From contig CM060734.1 in assembly GCA_030704615.1 (NCBI GenBank), forward strand, positions 24,056,001 to 24,120,000: a DNA stretch of 64,000 nt. The letters run 5' to 3'. The notes under the pieces were generated by a model. The model was given only the letters and a program-made list of their open reading frames with translations, did no database searches and was not told the origin of the DNA. Of this stretch, positions 25,222-38,598 are shown piece after piece; the stretch's first letter is position 1; every line of letters begins with the position of its first letter. The DNA comes from Takakia lepidozioides. Its lineage: Eukaryota; Plantae; Bryophyta. Made by a program: the position numbers and the translations under genes.

Positions 25222-26580
25222 TTCCCCCACCCCCCACGTGATCTTTAGGAACCGTACCAAGTGAAGTGGTATATGAACTTCTCACCGGATGTGACAATTT
25301 GGTTTCTTGAAATGGTGTCTACAGTAGTGATATGTCAACAATCTGCTGAGGTGGATAGCTCAGTTGTAATGCTAATCAGATTGAGTCGGTAGCTTCCATG
25401 TGCTTCCTGCGTGGCTTTTGAATTTGTTTATTGAATGGGAGTTAGTTTTTTGCTAAGGACTTAGGGCAAAGATGTATGTTTCTCATGATAGGTGGAGGTA
25501 CTTGGCAAGGGCCAAATCGGAATTACATACATGATTTTTTGGTAATATTGAAATGTCAGTTCAATTGTATTCTGCATTTGTACGGTTGTTTTAGGAACTG
25601 TGGAAGTGGCGGTTGCAATCAATGAAGAAGATCTATCCATGCTTTCACGTAAAGAAAACTCACGTCTCACCTCTTTGTAATGGTATTTACGTCAATTTAG
25701 TAGCTTTTGCCTTGACAGGTGGTTACACAAGTTGCAATACATAAAGACATTTTGCAACATTTTTTGACGCTTTCATGCTTGAGGGACGCTTATTTTAGAG
25801 CACATGTGCTCTTGTATTGCCTTATTTATGTATGTTCAATAAGATAAATAAATTATATATTCAAACAATGATTGGTTACCACCACATAATATTATGTGTC
25901 ATTACTACGGTATATGTATATAAAATATGTATATTTAAATATATTTAATATTAAAACGGTATATGTATATACAGAAACCTCCTCTGGAAAAAACACGTGG
26001 CCATAACTAGAAATAAATCATTTCTAGTTAACCATGACTAAAACCATGACAAACATTTTATTGGCCCCGGATGCGAAACGTGGTGGAGGCGTATGTTCGG
26101 AATTGTATGAAATGTCTACAAAACAAGACAACAAACCTCAAGCCAGTAAATCTCTTACAACCACTACCAGTACCAGACAGACGTTGGAAACATGTGAGCA
26201 TAGATATAGTTTGTGAATTACCTCATACCTCATTGGAATACGATGTTATAGTGGTATTGGTAGACAAACTAGTAAGATGATATACATATGCCCCACTACA
26301 AAGTTTGTCAGTGCACCTGAATTAGCTCGAATATATCTCGAAGCAGCCTATTCCCATCATGGGCTATCTAAAGTTCTCATACTAATAGGGGTACCCAATT
26401 ACTAGCTTGTTTTGGAAAACGTCTATTTGATCTTTTTAAAATCAGATGAGTTATGTCCACAACGTATCATTGAGAGTCAGATGGACAGATAGATTGAGCA
26501 AATTGTACAATTGAAGACATATTGCGGACCTTTACGTTGGAGGAACAAGAAGAGTGAGATTGGTTATTATCTTTGGTAGA

Positions 26581-26756
26581 CAATCAGCATGTAGCCCAGT
26601 GGTAATGGGCACATACCACGTTGGATGTGGTTGTGGGTTCAAACCACGGTCTGGTGTGTCATGAAGGTGTCCACCTTCCTAGCGGAAGGCAGTAGCCCTT
26701 GGGGGTGAAGTGATTCCATAAGTTACGCTCCCTTCGAGAGGCGTCATACTTTTTTT
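26581..26756 (+). mobile_element. tRNA-derived SINE
   Basis: A box TAGCCCAGTGG, B box GGTTCAAACC, poly-T tail, 14-bp TSD TTATCTTTGGTAGA (26567-26580 and 26757-26770). Confidence 0.85.
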
Positions 26757-26777
26757 TTATCTTTGGTAGAATTTTCA

Positions 26778-29700
26778 GAGGTTTACTATTTCATGAGCCC
26801 ATGAGATCATGAACCTATGAGCTCATGAGCCCATGAGCGTGCATCGGCGACGTTAATCCTCCATCTCACGATTCGTTGGAAAGTTTTCGGATGACAGCCT
26901 CATCGGTCAATTCCCCATATTTCATTATCAGGACTTGCAAGGATTCTGGGCCAGGTCTATAAGTCATCCAATTCCAAATGAAACCAGGATATATTACAAT
27001 TACGGCGCCATATGCTACCGAACTTGGATTTCTTAGCCTAAATCTACAAGTACAAAGGCACGGACACCTCGACGTGATACCCAACGGTCAATATTCACTG
27101 ACTGCTGTACGCAATTTCGGCGCCGCAGTAGCGACTGCAGTGGCACATAAATGAGTACTTCATGTCTTTACAACCATTACAAAAATACAAATTCGTAGAA
27201 AAAATGTCATTTCCATGTATAAAACTTGTCATCAAATAGCAATGTCACTTATCATCCCTATAACAGTGTCATCGTTCATCCATCATCTGGATCAGTTTAT
27301 TTATATTGCGGTGTCGTAATTCATCAGCGGAGGGGCCGACCGGTGTCAGGCTGGGACCGTTCATTCCTATTGCGGCACCGCAATTTATCCAAAAAGACAC
27401 CGCATATCATCCAAAGCGCTCTTTATCGTCTTCAAGATAGACCCGTTCATCTAAATTATGGCGCTGAAGTTCATCCAACGGTGGAACTCATCCAGGCCAA
27501 GAATGCTTTCCATTCCTCGGGATGGGTCCGTTCATCCCTATTACGGCGCCGCAACTCATCAATGTCAAGTTATCCCGCTATGGGGATTGGGTTGTTCACC
27601 CATAATATGACGTATTAATTCATCTGTGCCGGGCTATTCCGTTCTACAGATGGGCCCATTCATCTTTATTACGGTGTCGTATTTCAACAGTGCCGGCCTA
27701 TCACGTTCTGCGGATGGGCCGACTCCCTTTTTATTACGGGTACGTTAATCCATATTTCGGCGCCGAAATTCATCCGTGGGTCGACAAAACGTTTTGTTCA
27801 CGGGTACGTTCATCCCTATTTCGGCACCGAAATTCATCCGTGGGTCGACATAGCATTTTGTTCACGGGTATGTTCTTCCCTATTTCGGCGCCGAAATTCA
27901 TCCGTGGGTCGAAATAACGTTTTGCTCACGGGTACGTTCTTCCCTATTTTGGCGCCGAATTTCATCCGTGATGGAGGTTGTGTGTGAGGGTGTATGGTTT
28001 ATTATTATTATTATTATTATTATTTATTTTTTAGGTGATGGGCCCGATCGTCCCTATTACGGCGCTGCAATTACGTCCCCTTGTCGTCCGCATTATTGCA
28101 TGTTCAACCCTTTTGCGACGTCGTGATTCATCCATCTGCTGATGGATACGTTTATCCCTATCTTGGCGCCGAAATTCATCCTTAGGTCGAAATAACTTTT
28201 TGCTTACGGATATGTTCATCCCTATTTCGGCGCCGAAAATTATCCGTGGGTCAAAATAACTTTTTGCTCACGCGTATGTTCATCCATATTTCGGCGTCTA
28301 AATTCATCCATGGGTTTAAATTCATTTTGCTCACGGGTTCGCTCATCCCTCGTTCGGCGCCGAAATTCATCCGTGGGTGGAAATTTTTTTTTGCTCACGG
28401 GTTCGTTCATCCTTATTTCGGTGCCGAAATTCATCCGTGGGCTGAAATTCCTTTTACTCACGGGTACGTTCATCCCTATTTCAGTGTTGCTATTGCGGCG
28501 CCTTTCTCCCTTCGAAACTTGTGGACCTCATATTGTGACCTAATTTTGTGACCTTCATCCCACTACACGCAAGAACTATACATTTTGGTGTCGTCATGTT
28601 TCCATGGACTGCCCTATTACGGTGCCGTAATAGGATAATTGTTCCCTTCCAGCCTGTATCTTTGAATTCTGGTTTGGATCAGTGCAAAGCATCCATTTTT
28701 TGGAGATGCAAGGGCCAATTTGCCCTATTTTGGTGCCTTTATTCCTCTGAAACTTCTGCACTTCATATTGTGATCTTCATCCCATAGCATGCATGTCTAT
28801 TAGCAACAACTATAGATTTGGTCCCGTCGTGTTTCCATCGCCTACCCTCTTACGATGTAAAATTATAGGAAGCGTCTCCTTTAGCCCTGTTTCCAATAAG
28901 CATGCCTCTAATTCTGCATTTGCTTGTTAATGGATCAGTGCGAAGCATACATTTTTTGGAGATGCAAAGGCCCATTCAGGCCTATTCCGGTGCTTTTATC
29001 CCTTTGAAACTTCTGGACTTCATATTGTCACCAATTTTGAGACATTTATCCCGCAACATGCATGTCTGTTGGCAAAAAACTTTACATTTGTGCCGTTATG
29101 TTTCCATCGCTTGCCCTATTACGGTGCCGTAATAGGAGAAGTGTCCCCTTGCAGTCTATTTCCAATAAGCATGTCTTCAATTCTGGTTTTGTCTAATAAT
29201 GGATCAGTGCGGAGCGTTCATTTCTTTGAGATACATGGGCCCATTGTGGCCTATTTCGGCGCCTTTATCCATAAACTCACTTTTGCTTCCAATGATATGG
29301 CCATGTTTGCCAAATGCAGTGCCTTTAATGGATTACAGGTGTGTTGTTCCAATGTCCATGGCGCTAGTATTAATGATTATTTCATTCACATACTACACCT
29401 TGTCCACAAAGACCATTCCCATACACAGACCACACGTCCCAAAACTTGTTATGCTCAATTGCAAATTCCGTAGAGAGGAGAGGGGAGATGTGCAATGGAG
29501 CAACGAGCAGAGCGGAATGAGACTGAGGCCGATGGAATTGGATATCATTCCTCCACCACCAACGTAGTATGGGGCAAAACTCAAATTTTCTCCCACATGT
29601 CGGTGCATTTATTGCACACATACGCCACAAGATTCAGCATAGTTTGTAATTGCCAATCTCGGGCCCCATTTTGGGGTCAACCGTCCTACATTTTGGCGCC

Positions 29701-30837
29701 TTTGATGCTTCACTGCGGCCAAATCAACCGACACCTTCTGGACATGGGTGCCCAATTTCCGTGCCGTTATCAGGAAACATCATCCATTTCGAGATCCTGG
29801 AGAATCGTGAAATCCTGGAAGAAACTCCATTGCTCTTAGCTGAACATGCCGAGGATTGTCCCTGAAAACATCTAGAAAGTCAATGATGTCGTCTGATTTC
29901 GGGGTGACGAGTCCCATCTGGCGTCGATAGCTGTGATTTGGGCACGTCATGCCCTCAGGACAGAGTAAGAACACAATGCACAGAGGAGATGTGCAAAACA
30001 AAAGAGAGAGAGAAGAGCAGAATGAGAGTGAGTGAGTGAGTGAGGGATATATCATTGCTCCACTGCCAATGTGGTATGCGGCAAAACTCAAATTTCCTCC
30101 CACATGTCTGCAATTATTTAACAAATACGCACAAGTTTCAGGACATTTTGCATGTGGCAGTCTCGGGCCTTGTCCTCTATTTCGGCGCCGTTATTGCCTT
30201 CACTCCGAAGCCTTCAGCCGGGTATTTGTTTTCCAGTGCCCAATTTCGGCGCCGTTATCCCCAACCATCCTGCAGTTCTGGAAGAGTACTATCCACGATA
30301 ATAGGTCCACATTGCGCATCTGGTAGGACCCTGGGTCCTCTATTTTGGTGCCGTTATTGCCTTCACCCCGGAGCCTTCAACCGCCTATTGGTTTTCCGGT
30401 GCCCAATTTCGGCGCCGTTATTCCCAGCCAGCCTGCAGTTCTGGAAAAGTACAATCCACGGTTACAGGCCCACATTGCGTGTTGGGAGTCTGGAAAACTC
30501 GATTGTAATTCGCGGGCCCCTTCCTGTGGGGTAATTGCGGCGCCGTTATTGGCCAATATGCAGTTTTTCCATGATCTGGGCTGGCGGTACATGAGCTTGG
30601 GCTCTTGGTCATGAGCGGATACTCTTATTCATGAGTGGAGTGTTTCGAGCATGAGCCCGGAAATCTTCGAAAAGCAAATTTGGATCTTCACAAAGTATTA
30701 AAAAATTACCACTTTTGATTATTTTATGGTTTTTTTTCCTGAAAAAAACCTGTCGTTATTCGTAGTGTGTTACTTGGCGGCTCATGGCTCATGCATGCCC
30801 ACTCATGGGCTCATGAGCTCATGGAATAGCAACCCCC
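26778..30837. mobile_element. non-autonomous MULE
   Basis: TIRs GAGGTTTACTATTTCATGAGC / GGGGGTTGCTATTCCATGAGC; 9-bp TSD GAATTTTCA / AAATTTTCA (one mismatch). Confidence 0.8.
27745..28485. repeat. ~61-bp tandem repeat with core ATTTCGGCGCCGAAATTCATCCGTGGG inside the MULE
   Basis: Two blocks of several units each. Confidence 0.85.
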
Positions 30838-31575
30838 AAATTTTCATATAATAATTATGTCATTGCGTCAACCAAATAGACCCATTTCTTTTTTTTATGT
30901 ATGACGAACATCCAAAGGTGCCAACAACTCTTACAAAGTTTCAGTTGTCAAATGAAGAGTCATCCAAGGTAGCTGCGACTAACGCATTTGTGGAACGAAT
31001 TTAATGGGGAGTACTTCAAGCTAAAGAAAAGCTAATGGTCGCCCAAAATGGCCAAAAAGTAGTATGCAGATGCACATTGATGGGATGATGAGTTTACAGT
31101 CGGGGGATCAAGTGTGGTTGTCTACAACCAACCTACACATCCAAGAATCGCGAAAAATATGGGCACGGTTCATTGGTCATTTTTCGATCATTAAACATAT
31201 TGAAGCAGTAACGTACAAGCTGGAGTTATCACCACATTTGAAGATGCACTCAATGTTTCATGTTTCTCTACTGCGGCGTTACCAACCTCGACCGTCAACA
31301 TTCAAAGATAATCAAGAACCACAGTCGTTACCAGGGTTGATAGATGGAAGCGAATAGTGGGAGGTCGAATGTATTGTGAAAAAACGTGCATACAAACGAG
31401 GGCGACAATAGGTGTTGAAAATTTTGGTTTTATGGAAGGGATTTCCATTACATCAAGTTACATGGGAACCGATGCATAATCTCGCAAGCGATACGTTGAG
31501 GTATGCCACTATACGTGGTGGGGGCTATCATCCCAGGGTCCGGAGGTTTCACCCCGGTGACTATGTTTATCTGCT

Positions 31576-32165
31576 TGTAACACCCACGATCTACAAAGAG
31601 ATACACAAACTATAGTCGAAGTACGTTCAAATTTTTTTCCACAACAACTGTGTGTCCTGCGGACATTCATTACATATTTATATACTCTCCACAATATGAC
31701 TTTCTCAAAAGTTTGACTTGAGAACCTCAAGTCAAACTTCCTAGATTTGACATACTCTCTACAATATGACTTTCTCAAATGTTTGACCTACTCTCCACAA
31801 TATGAATTTCTTAAAGGTCAGGCCTTTCATTACATGTTTATACACTTTCCACGATATAACTTTATCAAATGTTTGACTTGTGAACCTCAAGTCAAACTTC
31901 CTAGGTTTGACATACTCTCCACAATGTAATATTAAAAAATGTTTGACCTACTCTCTACAATATGAATTTCTTAAATGTAATTTGACTTGAGAGCCTCAAG
32001 TCAAACTACCTAGGAACCTTCTTAATCGCTTTTGAAAGCTTTTGGGGGACTTTCTTCTTCCATCTAGAACTTTCTAGATTTTATCATGTTACCGTCCTCC
32101 TCTCTTTCTAAAAACAAAGTCCTAGTTGCTTGAATTTTCAAAAACTTGAATTGCCAATTGAGCAT
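31576..32165 (+). mobile_element. LTR-like fragment starting TGTAACACCC with internal repeats (TACTCTCCACAATATGACTTTCTCAAA)
   Basis: Typical Gypsy LTR start; about 6 repeat units between 31680 and 32010. Confidence 0.5.
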
Positions 32166-32169
32166 TTGA

Positions 32170-33022
32170 TATGCAATGGCAAGGTTCTCAAAAGCCATGT
32201 TCATGACTTTCTTGAACAACTGATCAGATACATGTGCCCACACGTCCGGATCATCAAGGTTGAGAACTGTAGCAGTGTCTCCACAAATGGCTGCAGACAA
32301 ATCAGGTTCTCAACCAAAGAGAAGGAAATACGGTGAGAAGGAAGCAATTGATGCCTAATTGCTAAATCTATAGCCCATGACTAATGAAGGCAGCTGAAGG
32401 TCCCTACACTCTCCCAGGTGTCCCTTTCTGCAAGCCATACTTGTGCAAACCTTTCTTAACCGTCTGCACAACTCTCTCTGCCAAGCCATCGGCCTCGGGA
32501 TAATCCCGAGAATTGGTGCGATGGTCTACTAAGGCTTTGCCACACAACACTTGAAACTTCCCCAAGAACTCTCTCCCATGGTCAGTGAGTAACTCAGCTG
32601 GAGCACCAAATCGGTTAAGCACACGATTTAGAAATGCATACGCAGCCCCTTCACTAGCCTTAAACAATGGAACCAACTTGATCCACTTGGAAAAGTGCTC
32701 CACCATCACCATCATTACATCTCACCCGACTCCTCGCTTGCCTCGGGGTCCTCGGACACTTTGTCTACAGTCATCCGTGTTGTAGGTCCAACCAGACCTT
32801 TCGTTGCCAAAAGATACACAGAAATGCGTGTCATCCCTGCACCATCTGTCCATCTCACCATGCCACCGAGCTTCAGCGTCATCTTGCTGGTTCATGTATG
32901 GATTGCGACTCAACCAAACCGCATTCCGATTGACTAGACTGTCGGGTCGATGCACCACCTGAAAATCACACTATTGGAATATGAGTGCCCACCGTGCAAG
33001 CTTCCTCGTAAGTTTGTATGAC
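32170..33022 (-). pseudogene. inverted continuation (RNase H end and integrase core) of the relic at 19296-21935
   Basis: MVEHFSKW...LTDHG...AERVVQ, matching 41290-42600. Confidence 0.85.
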
Positions 33023-33214
33023 CCTAGTTATCATCCCTGACGTGACGTGGCGCCGTCACGTCAGGCGTGCGTCACGTCACATCGAATACGGACGTTTACC
33101 AATGTTTTTTTTTTTAAAATTTGACTTTTACGATTTATTTCTACCCTTTGTAATGACATGGCGGCCACGGTGTAAAACAGACGTGGTCAATTATTAATAT
33201 TTATTAATTCTTTT

Positions 33215-33566
33215 TGTCAAGTTAAATAAACACAGTGTGAAACGAACTAGAATAAAGCTAGTTATTTGTATTTAACACTTGGATTTAGTTCAAGTGTTAA
33301 GTCAGGTGTCAAGTTTAGTTTGACACCTGAACTGTCTTATCTTCACGAGAGCGTCAGTCGTGCGGCTCATCTCTCTCGAGTTGAGCCTGCACGACCGAGC
33401 TCCTTTATCGTTTAGAATCTGAGTGTGCTTATGAAGGGAGGGTAGATTGTTGTGGGGTGGAGTCCCCATAGCTTGGGTGTGCCCCTGGCTTGACTACTAT
33501 TTTAAAGAGTGATGGTGTTGGATTTCATGTTTCTTGTGTGAACAGTGTCTTCTTAGTTTTCTATCA
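33215..33566 (+). repeat. terminal repeat A1
   Basis: Near-identical to 43386-43738. Confidence 0.95.
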
Positions 33567-33579
33567 CTCGAGAGAGATG
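33566..33579 (+). promoter_or_regulatory. putative self-priming primer-binding site
   Basis: ACTCGAGAGAGATG is the exact reverse complement of CATCTCTCTCGAGT at 33368-33381; no tRNA PBS is seen. Confidence 0.7.
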
Positions 33580-36500
33580 CTCTATCTAGTTTTCTAGTGC
33601 TAAGCTAGATATGATGTTTTTTTTTAGCACTATTATAATATAACTTGGTAATCTATGAGTCCAAGAGATATGCAGATCCCCACATTCTTCTATTTTCTCT
33701 GTGGGCTCTTGCACTTTTGGGGAAGTCGGGTCTTTTCGTCTGTCCAAGGCTCTCAACCACAGCTATGCGTCTCATTCAAGCTATGTTAGGGACTCAATCT
33801 TGGAGCTGACAGCCGCTGCCGTGTTTTTGAGGCTGTGAGCGAATCAGTTTGTAGTTTGCTGCGACATCTTCAGAAGGGCCTGCATCAGGTTGTACTTGTG
33901 TGGGCAATCTTGATCAATCTGCTTTGAGGTCCGTGGAGCAGCCCTAAGCAGTGGCGACAAGAGAGTTCTTGTTTGCCACATGCTTCCGCGGTGAGGAGAT
34001 GGGGACGATGTAGAAGATTTTGTTGCAGGGAAGAGAATGGCGTAGCCAGACTGAATGAAGCAGAGGAAGTGACGTGGAGGGGATGACGTTGAGACGCCTG
34101 CAGAGGTTCAGCTGTGGAGGCAGTTAACAGCAGCAACATGGCTTTACCGAATGCAGCAGCTTTCTTGACAAGATACTTGCGAGATTGTAGGGGTCTGCTG
34201 CAAATGCTAAATGCGACTCTGTTTACTTGCAGGTAGTTTCTGCAACAATCTAGTACAAGCAACATACACAATTGTAGCAGAAGGATGGTCAGACGAGTTC
34301 TCCAGGAAAGCTCTAAAATACACATGACCATTTCTACTCCGTCCAATGGGTATGTTGTGGCTGTTGCCTCAAAGCTGTGACAAGCAAATTGTAGGCAGAT
34401 CACCTTCACCTGCATGTGGTTTCATGTGCTCTTTGGGGACTTGTGGCTCTGTTCCTTTATGAAAGGGCTGTTGCTATGGATTGCGACTGGTGATGCACAG
34501 TTGAGAAAAGGAGGAAGCCAAGGAGGAGTCTGATGATGACATGGGTTTCAGCCTTTTCGACTAAGCTTGGGATGCAGTGTTGCAGCGCATCCGATGGTTA
34601 CTTTGATGTTATCTCAACTGCAGGTGGCTGTTGAGCATTACTTAACAACCGTTTTATACCTGCTCTGGTGCTGGTAGAGGCTAGGAAGAAAGAGGAGCAA
34701 AAAGCTGGGGGCTGGATTCCGGAACTTGGTCGCAGACGGGTGATTGAAGAGGCCTTCAAGTATGTGGATTTGGAGAAAGCGACGGAGGATTTGCTTTTTG
34801 CAGGGGCGGTTTTCCTCATGCGCAACTTCGGTGATTTGATGGCAGTCTGAGGTGGCTGGAAGCAGTGCTGGACGATGCACCGGAGAGGTGTGTTGCAGGG
34901 AGCGTAAGTAGGAAAGCCAACAATAATCGCAGGCCACTATCAGTCCATAAGAAGAAGAAGATATCATGTGACAAGACATGTAGAAGATGCCAACATCACA
35001 AAATTACGAACCGACACGTCCATTGTGTTGCAGGGTTCCAAGGTGTTGCAGGCAAACCCTTTCCCCTGATTACCATCGGTGCCGTGGCCAGACAACCCTC
35101 TGATTTCAATCAGGTCCCATAGAACTAGCAATGACTGCTGTAGACCAGTCTACTCCTGATACTTGTGGTCCTCCATTCTCTGATTCCTCCTCAACCTTTC
35201 ACAGATTGGCACCTTTCAGTTTCAAGTGACTCAGGGTATCTCCTCAACTTTTCACGTTGAGGTGTTCTGCATTGACTCCCAGTGCGCCATGAAAACTGCG
35301 TCCAAGGAATTCTTAGGGAACCTGCAGTGAATCGCAAAAAATGTGGGAACAGTTTTTAATGGCGAGAACGTTTTGGTGTTAAAATTAAAAAAAAAAAAAA
35401 AAAAAACCTTTTTGTTCTAATTTAAATGATTTAGAGCCTAATTGGTCATATCTTTGTCATATGAGCTCCGTTTGACACAGTTTTTGAGGGGATAGCTCTA
35501 GAAATGGTAAATCTACCTATCTAGACCTGGTTTTAATTTTTAGGACTCTGCTAAAAATCTATGGAATTTTTTGAGTGTGAGTGTGCTATGAAAGATCCAC
35601 AATTCTATTTCTAGAACCTGTTGTGGTCTACATGAGATACAAATCTGTGGATGTCCTCCTTGTATGGCTGCGGGAAATGAGGACGTAATTAAAGGGCAGG
35701 TCTCTTCTCTTAGCCTGTGCACACAAGGGGACAAGATTTATGTTTCTCAAGGGACTCAGACTGACTTGAGTGGAGAGCAGTTGGACGAGTTGATTGCATA
35801 CTGGGAGTCAGGCATTAGCAGTAGACAACACACTGCTGTAGTTGGCGTTGAGGGCCTCAATATTGCTTTGGACAGTCAGAACTCTCTTGGAGCCAGCAGT
35901 TCTGCAGCTGTAGGTGAAATACCAAAGTGAATGAAATCTAGGCTTGGAACACAGCCAAAGACAGCCCCGGGGACCAAGGTGTTTAGCCACAAGGCCGTGG
36001 TGTACTGAAGCAGAGGAGTTGGAGCTACACAAGTTTGTGCAATCAGACATTGTTGCAGCCGGACACGTTCTACACGGGGCAACCACGAGCGGGGGTTCAT
36101 TAGCAATGAAAAGTTTGTTCTGCTTGAAGGAGATGCAGTCATTCGCAATGAGGACACCCGCAACCGTCTCAAAGCTTTCAAGTTGAGAGACTGTCAGACC
36201 CTACCTTTATTTTCTTTAGTGTTCAGTGAACGGGAGATAGGGGATTATTGCTTTGTCTCTACTTGGCAGAAATAGGAGGAGGGTTGGTTAGAGCGAGCTA
36301 CTGTAGCTTGGGACAAGGTTTGGCAGGTTTCTGGACATAGATATACCTCCTACACCTTACCATCATGCAGAGCGAGGCACTTTGAGAGAAGTCTGGTAGT
36401 TGATAGCATAGATCAGGATTAGATCTTGCTTGGTTGGGCTTCTATTCTTCCCCTCCATCTCTTTACTATTTTCATTACTTTGTACTTGTAGTTGCCAAAG

Positions 36501-36899
36501 CCTCTCTTGGTGGAGGCCAGTCAGTCCGGGGTTTTGGGCTGAAATATTCTGCAGGATCAGCATTGCAGATGGATTTTGGTGTGGGGTGTTGATGTTTTGA
36601 TTTCTGTGTTTGGATCCCCCCCCCAGCACCTGCATGCTTGACTGTGCGCCATGTTGGTTTTGTATGGGCGCTTGCTTTCATAGGGATTAGGCCGGATTTG
36701 ATCACCGGTCAATCCTAGGGTATGCTGTCGGTGGTGAGGCTGGAGTGATGACCAGCAAGACCACCAGTGTTTCTTCTATGGTGAGACTGGGTTGATGACC
36801 AGCCAACCATAGGAGTTCTTGCGGTGGATGCAGGTGCAGGTGCCCTGAGCCACTGGGATGTGACCCTTAAACTGCAACAGATGCCCACCCGTGTCACTA

Positions 36900-38312
36900 T
36901 TAGAATTAGTACTAGAGCCTTACCAAAAGGCCGGCACAAGCACAGCCTGCACAGTTGCAGTGTGGGAATTGTGACAAGTATGGGCATGGAGATGCCCAGT
37001 GTTATGACTTGCATCCTGAGTTGCGCCCAGGCCAGTTCCAAGGGAACAATGGTGGCCGGGGGCGAGGTGGACCAGCCCAGAGAGGACAAGGTAGCCGGGC
37101 ACGAGGTGCAGGCCAAAGGCAAGCTCAACATGGCCAAGGACGCGGAGGTCAGGGTGTTGACCAAGGCATGGCCAACCGGCTTCAACAGCTAGAGCAGAGG
37201 CTCGTTGCCATGGCTACAGCTCAAGTGGTACCGGCTCCCAGGCGGGATGGTCCACCTCCTGTTCCTGAGGGAGGAGATATGGGAGGCATGGGATTCATGT
37301 GCGGAGCAGCACTACCACTAGAGCAGGTGGAGTCTGCTGCAGCCGTGACTCGAGGAGCAGCACGAGTTACTGAGCCACGAGGTCCAGAGGTGGAGTTGGA
37401 TCCACAGCGTGGAGAGGCAAGCCGTCAAGCGAGGCTTCCTCAGTCATTCACATTGGCGGAGACAGTGTCGACGCCATCCATGGCACCTAGTTATCGCCCG
37501 ACTGTTACCGAGGCGGAGGTTACTATGCCATTGGGGGGAGAGCTACACGTGCATCACTGACACCTGCTACCAAGGCTAGTGCAACCGGTGTGTTATTGGG
37601 GGCAGCCACCTCTGTGTGTCAAGCCCCATTGTTTTCGGCAACCATGATTGCGACGCCGGGGGTAAGACCAGCTGCAGTGTTCAGACTAGCAGCAACACTC
37701 TGTGAGAGTGGGGAGGTCACTTCATCTTCTGCGGAGTTACTGGAACGTGTAGTGGAAGAGGGATCCTCGGATTTGAGGGTCAAGACTGCCACGGCTGCGC
37801 CATGGCAAGCTGCAGCTGCCAGGTTGACGGAGCTGCCAGCTAGGCCACCCTTTGAGCGCACCATGGTGACACCTGGAGTTGTCTTGTTAGACAACTAGGA
37901 TGACATTTCTCTTTGAGGACGGCAGGCAGGCAAGAAGTACCGGCCACTGCGGGTCTTGTTGGACTCGGGAGCTCAGCCACTGATGTTGGGCAGAGCTGCT
38001 ATTGCAGGTTTGGGCCTCATGGAGGCGGATATGGAGCCTTGTTCTTTCCAGATACAGACATCTCTGGGAGGATCAGAGCAGGCTCGGGGCATGACATGGC
38101 GTGAGTTGGCCATTAGACTGCAGCCGGATCATCCTATAGATGGCTCAGTGATGCGAGCCAAGGCCATTGTGACAGACGCGGTCTCTTACGATGTCCTCGT
38201 TGGTGGAACAGTGTTATATCCCATGGGCTTCACCCTGGACTTTTGGGAGGAGTCAGCATCCTACAGGCCTGGATGGCAGTCAGGGGATGGTCGTCGTGCA
38301 CAGCTCCTGTGA
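36900..38312 (+). pseudogene. gag C-terminus (CCHC knuckle) and aspartic protease
   Basis: CGNCDKYGHGDAQC; LDSGAQ...YDVLVG. Confidence 0.8.
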
Positions 38313-38598
38313 CATTCATTGGGGGTATGCGGCTGCCCAGCGGGGCAAGATGCCAATACTAGCCGCCTTTACAGCTACAGTTAGTTGGCCTGGAGAGTTG
38401 CTGGAAAGCAATGCCCATGCAGAGGATGTGCCACCTTCAGCAGAGCAGGATGACATGCATGGTACGGCGGAGTTGTCTGTCATGGTTGCTCACACTCCAT
38501 TGTGGGGTACGAGCAAGAATTTGCAGCAGGCTGCTGATGGACGGGTGCAACAAGCTTGGGTAGAGGCCTTTGTACCGTAAGGAGAAGATGAGAGTGCG

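Larger units (their letters stand above)
26030..31485 (+). pseudogene. degenerate chromovirus integrase and chromodomain, interrupted by a SINE and a MULE
   Basis: CMKC...LQPLPVP...VSID (26071-26280), FIGHF...FHVSLL (31064-31357), LVLWKGFPLHQVTWEP. Confidence 0.8.
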
